DNA from: Pristiophorus japonicus
Taxonomy: Eukaryota
Assembly: GCF_044704955.1 (NCBI RefSeq)
Contig: NC_091993.1
Location: forward strand, 620,001 to 684,000
Reading direction: 5' to 3'
DNA: 64,000 nucleotides
Position numbers and translations under genes: made by a program
In this document: piece by piece, positions 11,711 to 21,606 of the stretch
Numbering within the stretch: position 1 is the first letter of the stretch
Layout of the letters: each line of letters opens with the position of its first letter
The notes under the pieces: generated by a model
Told to the model about the DNA's origin: nothing
Databases searched by the model: none
Seen by the model: the letters and a program-made list of their open reading frames with translations, nothing else

Positions 11711-12294
11711 TTGGGAAAGGACGAGTCGATGGTTTGTGTCGTGTCTTTGAACCCTAGGCTCTCAGCTCTCGGTGGCACAGCAGATCATAGCTCCTAAACT
11801 CCCCCACAACTCCCTCAGTGATTAGATCACAATTTCTGCTAGCTTGTTGGGTAATGGGAAAGAGACACAAATCTGCCTCTAGTCTGGGAGTGGTAGATGG
11901 GAACAATACACGAGGGAGGAGAAATAAAGATTTTTTTTAAGAACTAGAGCCAATAATTTAGTTGAAACCAAATGCTGCATCAAGATGGTGAGGGAATGAA
12001 TGAAAACTGCAGCTGGGCTTCACCTTACTTCGAGGAGTTTTGGCACTAACCATTTGTTGAATAGAATCTGCATAGAAGGTGTCCTGTATTATTTCAAAGT
12101 GCTTGTATCAGCTGTAGTTGGTTTAACTTGAGTGAACATGAAAGGTAATTTGATCATTTTGGCACTCGTGGCATTGTGATGTTCTGTGACACATGTGGAG
12201 GCTCACTATTCACATGAATTGGTATTTTAGATACTTGAACTCGTGCAAAGTCAGTCTAGATAGCATCAACAAAAGCACTCCAGTTTTTAAAAAT

Positions 12295-12808
12295 TCATTT
12301 GGCGGGAAGTGGGCGTCGCTCCAAGGCCGGAATTTATTGCCCATCCCTAATTGCCCCTTGAGAAGGTGGTGGTGAGCTGCCTTCTTGAACCGCTGCAGTC
12401 CGTGTGGTGAAGGTGCTTCCACAGTGCAGTTAGGGAGGGAGTTCCAGGATTTTGACCCAGTGACGATGAAGGAGAGGTGGTGTGTGACTTGGAGGGGAAC
12501 GTGGAGGTGATGGTGTTCCCATGCGCCTGCTGCCCTTGTCCTTCTAGGGGGTAGAGGTCGCGGGTTTGAGAGTTGCTGCAGTGCATCTTGTAGATGGTGC
12601 ACACTGCAGCCACGGTGCGCCGGTGGTGGAGGGAGTGAGTGTTGAAGGTGGTGGATGGGGTTACATTCAAGCAGCTGCTTTGTCCTGGATGGTGTCGAGC
12701 TTCTTGTGTTGTTGGAGATGCACTCATTCAGGCAAGTGGAGAGTGTTCCATCACACTCCTGACTTGTAGATGGTGGAAAGGCTTTGGGGAGTCAGGAGGT
12801 GAGTTACT
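12295..12808 (-). mobile_element. Second CR1-clade LINE family, 3' end
   Basis: KSWNSLPN...GLQRFKKAAHHHLLKG on the minus strand. Confidence 0.7.
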
Positions 12809-12922
12809 TTGGAAAGGAGGCGCTCCTTCAAAGCAACACATCGGTGCGAGGCATTGGGGGAGATCGGAGTAGTGCAAAGGGAAATTCAGGTGTGATTTCC
12901 TCACCAGACTTGTGCACTTATG

Positions 12923-14397
12923 GGGCCCAAGTTTCGGGCAGCGCCTAGAACGGCGCAGCCCCGACCTGGACGCCCGTTTTTCGCGCCACAAAGTGCGCCT
13001 AAAAAAAACTTATGTATTCTCCGGCTCCCTCCTGGTCCTCTGGAGTCGGGCGCGGCGCAGCATGAGCTGTAGGGGGCGGGCCAGGTCCCTGCGCCGAAAA
13101 CAGTGCCGGGACATCTGCACATGCGCGCTACAGTGGGTGCGCATGTGCAGTAGCTCCACACGCCCAAAACTGTGTGGGAGGGGCCCGAAGCATGCAGCCC
13201 CTAGCCCTGGCCCAATGGCCTCACTGGGGCTGTGTGAATAAGGCTCCTCCCACGGCCAGCTCCTGCTTCCTCCCGACCCGACTCGACTCCCGCTTCCCCC
13301 CTCGCCCCCGGACTGGACCCGACTCGACTCCCGCTTCCCCCCCCGCCCCCGGACCGGACCCGACCCGACCCGACCTGACCCAACGCCACCTACCTGTAAA
13401 TCTGATGCTGGGGAGGGGCCCTGCCCGAAGTCTTGGGCCCGGCCCGTTCAGCCTCCCCGCCCCCCCCCCCGCCCCTTCTCCTTTCCCTCCCCCCCTTCTC
13501 CTTTCCCCCCTTCTCCTGTCCCCCCCTTCTCCTTCCCCCCCCTTCTCCTTCCCCTTCTCCCCCTCCTTCTCTTTCCCCTTCTCCTCCTCCCCCCCTTCCC
13601 CTTCTCCTTCTCCCCCCTCCTTTCCCTTCTCCTCCTCCCCCCCTTCCCCTTCTCCTCCTCCCCCCCTTCCCCTTCTCCTCCTCCCCCCCTTCCCTCCCTC
13701 CCCCTCTGCCTCCGTCCCTCATCTCTCCCTCCCTCCCCTCCCCCTGCACCCCCTCTCTCCCTCTACCCCCCTCTTCCTCCTCCCCTCGCTGTCAGAAACA
13801 CAGACACTGACAGACAGAGAATGAGAGACACACAGATAGACAGAGAGATAGAGACACTGACAGAGACACACTGGGGGGTGCGGGGGGCATCCCAGCATGC
13901 TGTTGGAGGGCTCCCGGTGCTGCAGTCGGTAAGTAGAAAATCTTTTATTTATTGATTTAAAAAAAAAATTATTTCTTATTAATTTTTTTTGATTGATTTA
14001 TTGGTTGATTTATTGATGTATTTATCATTTATTATTGATGATGGCTCTTTATTTGTAAAACTGAAGTGTTTAATGTTTGTAAACTTCCCTTTAAACCCCT
14101 CCCCCCATTCCCTACGCCTGATTTTCAAAAGTGTAGACAAGATTTTTTCGAGCGTACAAAAATCTTCACTTACTCCATTCTAAGTTAGTTTGGAGTAAGT
14201 TTTCACCGCCGAAACTTTGAAAACAAGCGTAAGTGGCCGGACACGCCCCCTTTTGGAAAAAAAATTCTGTTCCAAAGTGAAACTGTTCTAACTGACTAGA
14301 ACTGGAGCAAACTAAATGCCGAGAATTTGAATTTCTAAGATACTCCGTTCTACAGTTTCCAAAAAAACAGGAGCAACTGAGGCCGACACTTGGGCCC
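12923..14397. mobile_element. Harbinger-type MITE, about 1.5 kb
   Basis: TIR gggcccaagtttcgg / ccgacacttgggccc; flanks atg/ttg; internal pyrimidine tract. Confidence 0.75.
13450..13790. repeat. Polypyrimidine (C/T) low-complexity tract
   Basis: About 340 nt of almost only C/T (ccccttctcc units). Confidence 0.95.
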
Positions 14398-14400
14398 TTG

Positions 14401-14770
14401 GTGTCAGCCTTGGCCGAGTGGGTAGCACTCTCGCCTGAGTCAGATGAATGTGGGTTGAAGTCCCCACTCTAGAAACGTGAGCACATAATCTGGGTTGACA
14501 TTTCGGTGCAGTGCTTGCGGGGGGTGAGGGGGCAGGGTGCTGCACTGTCGGAGGTGCCGTCTTTTGGATGAAACGTTAAACTGAGACTCCATTTGCCCTC
14601 TCAGGTCGGTGCAAATGATCCCACAGTACTGTTTGAAGAAGAGCATGGGCGTTCTCCTGGTGTCCTGGCCAGTTGACCACTCAACCAACAGCACTGAAAG
14701 CAGAGATTATCTGGGCGATTGTCTCAGTGTTGTGTGTGGGATCTTGCTGTGTGTGTAATTGGCTATCTCG
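14401..14770 (+). mobile_element. DeuSINE
   Basis: tRNA-like head plus Deu core. Confidence 0.75.
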
Positions 14771-14784
14771 ATTTATTCTCAGGG

Positions 14785-15060
14785 AGTGGGTGACACTGCC
14801 AAGGCTGGCATAGATTACCCATCTGACTGGCTTGCTCAGCCACTTAGAGGGCAGTTAAGAGATAACCGCATTGGTGTGGAGCTGAAGTCACGTATAGGTT
14901 AGACCAGGTAAGGGCGGCCGGTTTCCTTCTCATTAGTGAACCACTTGGATTTTTATAGCTTCATGGTCATTGTTACTGTATTTTGAGCTCAAATTCTCAG
15001 TTACCATGGTGTGGTACAAGTACACGCCTTGGATTATATACCAGTAACATAATCACACTG
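14785..15060 (-). mobile_element. Degenerate SINE with CR1-type tail
   Basis: gagggcagttaagag..accgcattggtgtgga...cattagtgaacca motif; start resembles 12310-12345. Confidence 0.45.
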
Positions 15061-16157
15061 CTACATACCCCAATATTACATCTGCAGCTACACTTCAAAA
15101 GTACTTCATTAGCTGTGAAACCCTTTGCGACATTCTGAGGATGTGAACGGAACTGATATAAATGCAAGTTCTTCAAAATCAAAGATGCCATTTTAATCTT
15201 TCCAGAGCTCATTGTCTCTCCTCATTCTGAGGTTATCCAAAATGAGGACTTTTGTGTGACCAGAATTTTATTTAAATGCGATTCAAAACAAAGACTTTAA
15301 ATAAACAGGGGTCAGTATTTATAAAACGAGGGCAGAAAGCTCACCAGATCAGAAGCTACGAACAGTCCTTCTACAGACAAAGAGCTGGAAAGTGGGATTA
15401 GACTGGATAGCTCTTGGTCGGCCGGCGCGGACACAATGGACCAACATGGCCTCCTTCCGCGCTGCACATTTCTATGATTCTATGAACTGTCGACAGAATT
15501 CCTCGCTAACTCACATGCGTCTTCACATGAAAGCGATCATATTTGTGACAAGAAACCTTCATGTGCACATTCCATAGCGGTAGTGTAGCTTCCATCACTG
15601 CCTCATATCGAGATCTGCCTCGTGTACAGATGTCCCCGCACTGATAACGTACGCTGGCGCCCACAGAGCTAGACTTCATGCCAAAAGGAAGAGATAATCA
15701 GTTTTCTCTTTGGAACGGCTGTGCACTGAACGATGAATGACGACTTGTGCAGAAGGGAACGAGGTCCAACTGCAACCGATGGCTTTTGATAAAATCTTCA
15801 GCTTGTAATCGGGCGAGATGCTCCGGATTGCGAGCTGGTGCAGCGGAGTCCACTTAACCTGATCAGAGGACTTGGAGAAGCCTCATACGGAGGCATTGTT
15901 CTCTCTAACTTTGGCCTCGTTCTGTTTGAAGTTCACTGCTGTTGAATGTTCGGTGGAATGGTGGAGTCACCAATGCATGTCGAGAACATGTAATCAGATG
16001 TCCCAGGATAGGGGGCTGTGTGCACGGGTAACCAAGATGAAAGGAGCAGAAATTTCTCACCTGCGCCGAGATAAAGACTTAGGTTACCGAACAAGAAAGT
16101 TCAACATCTGTTTTAAAAAATAAAGTTAACATTAATGGAACACTCTGGGTGAGGCTC

Positions 16158-16327
16158 CATAGAAACATAGAAACTAGGTGCAGGAGTAGGCCATTCGGCC
16201 CTTCGAGCCTGCACCACCATTCAATAAGATCATGGCTGATCATTCACCTCAGTACCCCTTTCCTGCTTTCTCTCCATACCCCTTGATCCCTTTAGCCATA
16301 AGGGCCACATCTAACTCCCTCTTGAAT
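16158..16327 (-). mobile_element. CR1 3' end
   Basis: catagaaacatagaaa tail; near-identical to 24520-24696 in reverse. Confidence 0.9.
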
Positions 16328-16560
16328 GCCTTGTAGACTATAACAGAAATTTTTGAAAAGAGGTGAAATTGAGGAAGAAGTTTACTGGTGGGAATCAGCA
16401 GTTTTGAAATGTGCAATTTCTGAGAGTCCATTTCCATTCGTGAGTTCATAATTACAGCCAGGCTTCCTTCCATTTTTTTTGAAGGAAGAATTTTAACCGA
16501 GTGTATTATTACCTTTGATTTATGTTTCCCAGAATCTCCAGTCTGAACAGCTTTCGAAGC

Positions 16561-16905
16561 TTAGAATCGTCGCAGCATACAGCGCAGAAACAGGCTATTC
16601 GGCCCATCGGGCCTGTGCTGGCTCTCTGAAAGAGCTGTCCAATTAGTCCCACACCCTCTGCTTCTTCCCCATAGCAAATGCAAATAGTATATATCCACTT
16701 CCCTTTGGAGAGTTACCGTTGAATCTGCCTCCACCACCCTTTCAGGCAGTGCGTTCTAGATCATAACAATTCACTGAGTAAAAATCTTTCTCCTCATCTT
16801 CCTTCCTACTTTATCTTATATCTGTGTCCTCAGGTTACTGACCCTCGTGCCAGTGAAAACCGTTTCACTCCATCTACTCAATCAAAGTTCATAATTTTGA
16901 ACATA
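16561..16905 (-). mobile_element. Old CR1 3' fragment
   Basis: Reverse complement of a CR1 3' region like 57770-58020. Confidence 0.65.
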
Positions 16906-17400
16906 TTCCTGTAATATTCTCAAAATCCAACTGGAACATAATCACTGAAGGGCTTTCACTTTCTGTTAAACTATTTCCAAAATGACATTCCTTTGTTTAT
17001 TTGTACAATAAAGTTTTACATTTATTTTGGAAGTTCAGAAGGTAGATCCATTTTTCCAATTACATCATTATTAGCTTGTTAAAAACACAGTGCTTTACAG
17101 AGTAGTGTAGTCATTGTATGTTTTTCAGGAGAATATACTACGGAGGTGGGGGAGAGAGGGGAAGGGGAGATGCGAGGGGGGAGGGGGTGATGGGTGGGGG
17201 GACATCGATTTTGACCTTTGGGTGTAGGTCGGCTGCTCGTTCTGGCAGCAAAGAGCCCCCCCCCAACCTGCCATTTTGTGGCCCCGGCCTCATTTGAATC
17301 TGGCAGGTGAGTTGCTGGGTGCCCACCAGGCCTCTCTCTGGATTGATGCCTCAGGATTGGGCTGGGACAGTTGTCAGTGATGTACATTGTGGGACCATAA

Positions 17401-17798
17401 CCCAGGTCAGTGATTGGAGAGTGGGCAGGTACAGCAGGAGCGGCGAGAGATTGTAGTGCGACGTGATCGGGGCCCAGGAGAGGCATGGGGCCCAGGGGCA
17501 GTACGGCCCAGCCCACACTGCGATATGTGTGTGCACTAGGTCCGTGCAGCAGAGCTGATCTCCAGTCGCCTTGGCTAATCCATGCTACTGGACCAAGACC
17601 TAGCTCGTCAAGCCCATGTGGTGGCTGGTGTGCAACGGCCAACACACGTTAAAAAAATCCACGCACAGGCATCTTCCACCCTTCAACATGTAGTTCAGGA
17701 TCTGGAATATTAGATTCTTCATTGAAACACCTATGAACTCATCCCATTTTGACGTGGAAGCAAGTCATCCTTGATACGAGGGACCACCTAAGAATAAG
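17401..17798 (+). mobile_element. Non-autonomous RTE-tailed element
   Basis: Aligns to 2388-2760; tail aagaataag. Confidence 0.8.
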
Positions 17799-18219
17799 AC
17801 AGTGTAGGAGGGGGGCGGGGAGGGGGTTATCGATCACGAAGGGCGGGGATCCCGGGGCGGCAGCGGTCCAGATTATTTATGACGGCCCCGGAGGTACTCT
17901 AAGGTCCACAAATGTAATTGGACACTGGCCTTCGGCAGTCCTCTTCGATCCCATTGCCCGTGGAGCTGGTCGGAGTGTACAGGGCACAGGCGGCAGAAGT
18001 CAATGGGGGGGGGGGGAGAATTGGACGTGGTATAAAATGGGCCGCTGACTCGCTGCCTCCCTGCTTCTCGCCCAGTCGGAACAGTTAAGATCCATTCCCA
18101 CGTCTTCGACACTATTGCTCTGTGGGGTTGTGCTGTGACACTTACGAGTTGGAGTCTTGCTCTCATGGCTTCCAGGACGGAAATCTAAGTTGCCTTGGGA
18201 CCTTAGGCTGAACACCATA

Positions 18220-18472
18220 TCATCATAGGCAGTCCCTCGGAATCAAGGAAGACTTGCTTCCACTCTTAAAATCAGTCCTCAGGTGGCTGAACAGTCCAAT
18301 ACGAGAGCCACAGTCTCTGTCACAGGTGGGGCAGATAGTCGTTGAGGGAAAGGGTGGGTGGGACTGGTTTGCCGCACGCTCTTTCCGCTGTCCGCTTGAT
18401 TTCGGCTCGCTCTCGGCAATGAGACTGGAGGTGCACTTCCTCCACTTAGGGTGGTCTTTGGCCAGGGACTGA
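18220..18472 (-). mobile_element. RTE LINE 3' end
   Basis: CPTCDRDCGSRIGLFSHLRT; tail catcataggcagtccc. Confidence 0.8.
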
Positions 18473-18574
18473 GGCATACGAAAACATGGGCATTACGCTA
18501 AACATCATATAGAATGACACTGACAGTACAGGAACAGGCCATTCGGCCCCACTGCTCGATGTCAGTGTTTATCA

Positions 18575-18954
18575 GTGATCTCATTGAAACATACAAAATT
18601 CTTACAGGGCTTGACAGGTAGATGCAGGGAGGATGTTTCCTCTGGCTGGGGAGTCTAGAACCAGGGGTCTCAGGATAAGGGGTCGGCCATTTAGGACTGA
18701 GATGAGGAGAAACTTCTTCACTCAGAGGGTGGTGAATCTTTGGAATTCTCTGCACCAGAGGGCTGTGGAGGCTCAGTCTTTGAGTATATTTAAGACAGAG
18801 ATCGATAGATTTTTGGATATTAAGGGAATCAAGGGATATGGGGATTGTGCAGGGAAGTGGAGTTGAGGTAGAAGACCAGCCACGATCTCATTGAATGGCG
18901 GAGCAGGCTCAAGGGGCCGAATGGCCTACTTCTGCTCCGATTTCTTATGTTCTT
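18575..18954 (+). mobile_element. CR1 3' end
   Basis: MFPLAGESRTRG...RRNFFTQRVVNLWNSL; ttcttatgttctt tail. Confidence 0.9.
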
Positions 18955-20119
18955 GTACTCTACAGGAGCCTCCTCCCATTCTAACTACCTCTTCGCACCC
19001 TGCCCCCTTCTCTCCCACCCCCCCCTCGTGTATGCATCAAGTCTCCCCTTAAATACATCAGTGCCACCTGCTCCAACCACTCCACGTGACAGCGAGTTCC
19101 ACATTCTCATCACTCTCTGTGTCACTTGTTCCAACTGGCATAGGTGTTGCTTCACTCATGTTTGTGCAGGATGGGTGAAGATGCTTCATGATAACACGGT
19201 GTTGCACCTTCTCAGCACAGCCGCTCCAGTATTCAGCCGTCAGGGAAGGGGGGTATTCGCAAAGATGGTGCAGTTTGGATGATTTTGAGTGGCACCTTTC
19301 TGTATTTGGTTGGATGTGGAGGTTGGGAAAGATTATTTCTAAACTTTCCTCCGTACTTGCTCTGCTATCTGCTGGCCTGTACCTTGCTCTCAGTACAGGT
19401 ACCTTCTTCGCACTTTCTGTGAAGATTGATGACATGGAGATAAAGGCAACATTTAAAGCTCGAGGTGTAGTTCTTAAACATATGAGGGCCGAAATTGCCC
19501 TCCGCCCCAAATGGGCAGATAATTAATGTTACATGAATATTCTCCGCCCCATGGATTCCCCATAGAGGGAAATTTTGATTTGTTGGGGCGGTATTTGGGG
19601 GTGGAAATGCGTCGGGTGCGGGGAGGGGGGAGGGGGGGGAGGCGGGCTGTGTCACTGACGCTTGGCAATGTCTCCCCCTTTCAGTTAAAGGGGAGGGCCG
19701 CTGAGAGCTCTGCAGCCACTTTAGTGGCACTCAGTGGACCACCAGGGTGGGCTTTGGCAGGGCGTGCCCGGCCGAACCTGTGGCCGCCATTGTTGGGCTG
19801 ACTTTAGAGTCGGCCGACAATTAAAACAAAATGACGGCCTTGGCAGAGCGCCCTCCCCTTTAAGGGCGGACACGCTACACAGCTACAGGCAGCTTCCCGC
19901 CAGGAAAGGCTGTCGGGGCACCGGCCGGCAGCTGCTCCCTTCCCGCGGGGCAATTTCCCTCACGGGGCAGAAAAGGGGTCAGCCAGCGCCGGGTGCGAAG
20001 GGGTCGGCACGTGTCCGATGGGGCGCGCCAGAGACCCATCTCCTCCACCCCCTGGCCTAGGGGCAATTTGGGTCGGGTCAGACCATCTGCCTGCTTCCAG
20101 TCGGAAAGACCTTACTGTC

Positions 20120-20491
20120 GGGAGCTCGGAGCAGCGCGAGTCCGGGGTCGGCGAGAGGCCTATAAAGGCCAGCGGGAGCTCGGAGCAGTCAGTCGAGGAG
20201 GCGGGAGCTCGGAGCAGCGCGAGTCCGGGGTCGGCGAGAGGCCTATAAAGGCCAGCGGGAGCTCGGAGCAGTCAGTCGAGGAGGCGGGAGCTCGGAGCAG
20301 CGCGAGTCCGGGGTCGGCGAGAGGCCTATAAAGGCCAGCGGGAGCTCGGAGCAGTCAGTCGAGGAGGCGGGAGCTCGGAGCAGCGCGAGTCCGGGGTCGG
20401 CGAGAGGCCTATAAAGGCCAGCGGGAGCTCGGAGCAGTCAGTCGAGGAGGCGGGAGCTCGGAGCAGCGCGAGTCCGGGGTCGGCGAGAGGC
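20120..20491 (+). repeat. 83-bp tandem monomers (about 4.5 copies) in the CR1 5' UTR
   Basis: Units start at 20120, 20203, 20286, 20369 and 20452; each full unit contains ggcctataaaggcc. Confidence 0.95.
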
Positions 20492-20531
20492 GTGCCGGTG
20501 CAGCTACAGGGAGAAGGCAAAAAAACAAAGG

Positions 20532-20573
20532 TGACGTCACAGCCTAGGGGGTAAGTGATTGGCTGGTGATTGG
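20532..20573 (+). promoter_or_regulatory. CRE (TGACGTCA) plus two inverted CCAAT boxes; putative internal Pol II promoter
   Basis: TGACGTCA at 20532; GTGATTGG at 20555 and 20566; function inferred. Confidence 0.5.
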
Positions 20574-20658
20574 TGAGTAGTTTTTCTTTTTCTTCTTATA
20601 TTGGTCAGTAACTTTTAACATTGTTATTACCAGTTTAAGTGTATCTAAGGGTTAAGAC

Positions 20659-21606
20659 ATGGCAGGAGAGCTCGGTCGGGTGTTATGCTCCTCCTGTACC
20701 ATGTGGGAACTCAGGGACACTTCCGGTGTCCCTGACGACTACGTGTGCGGGAAGTGTATCCGCCTCCAGCTCCTGACGGTCCGCGTTACGGAATTGGAGC
20801 TGAGGGTGGATTCACTCTGGAGCATCCACGATGCTGAGAATGACGTGAGTATCACGTGTAGTGAGTTGGTCTTACCGCAGGGAAAGGGTCCACAGCCAGA
20901 TAGGGAATGGAAGACCAGCAGGAAGAGTAGAGCAAGGAAGGTAGTGCAGGGGTCCCCTGCGGTCATCCCCCTGCAAAACAGATACACCGCTTTGGGTACT
21001 GTTGAGGGGAATGACTCATCAGGGGAGGGCAGCAGCAGCCAAGTTCATGGCACCGTGGCTGGCTCTGCTGCACAGGAGGGCAAGAAAAAGAGTGGGAGAG
21101 CGATAGTGATAGGGGATTCAATTGTGAGGGGAATAGATAGGCGTTTCTGCGGCCGCAACCGAGACTCCAGGATGGTATGTTGCCTCCCTGGTGCAAGGGT
21201 CAAGGATGTCTCGGAGCGGGTGCAGGACATTCTGAAATGGGAGGGAGAACAGCCAGTTGTCGTGGTGCACATTGGTACCAACGACATAGGCAAAAAAAGG
21301 GATGAGGTCCTACGAAACGAATTTAAGGAGCTAGGAGCTAAATTAAAAAGTAGGACCTCAAAAGTAGTAATCTCGGGATTGCTACCAGTGCCACGTGATA
21401 GTCAGAGTAGGAATCGCAGGATAGCGCAGATGAATACGTGGCTTGAGCAGTGGTGCAGCAGGGAGGGATTCAAATTCCTGGGGCATTGGGACCGGTTCTG
21501 GGGGAGGTGGGACCAGTACAAACCGGACGGTCTGCACCTGGGCAGGACTGGAACCAATGTCCTCGGGGGAGTGTTTGCTAGTGCTGTTGGGGAGGATTTA
21601 AACTAA
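20659..21606 (+). CDS. CR1 ORF1p: zinc finger/leucine zipper plus SGNH esterase
   Basis: CSSC...CGKC; LELRVDSL; IGDSIVR, PGA, HIGTND and DGLH blocks. Confidence 0.93.
   Translation: MAGELGRVLCSSCTMWELRDTSGVPDDYVCGKCIRLQLLTVRVTELELRVDSLWSIHDAENDVSITCSELVLPQGKGPQPDREWKTSRKSRARKVVQGSPAVIPLQNRYTALGTVEGNDSSGEGSSSQVHGTVAGSAAQEGKKKSGRAIVIGDSIVRGIDRRFCGRNRDSRMVCCLPGARVKDVSERVQDILKWEGEQPVVVVHIGTNDIGKKRDEVLRNEFKELGAKLKSRTSKVVISGLLPVPRDSQSRNRRIAQMNTWLEQWCSREGFKFLGHWDRFWGRWDQYKPDGLHLGRTGTNVLGGVFASAVGEDLN

Noticed and set aside
13174-13824. Long Pro/Ser-rich and Gly/Glu/Arg-rich ORFs
   Set aside because: Artefacts of the stop-free C/T tract inside a MITE
20120-20491. Repeat array beside a reverse transcriptase as a CRISPR, retron or DGR-type system
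   Set aside because: The units are contiguous and identical, and the RT has an APE domain and CR1 tail, so this is a LINE 5' UTR
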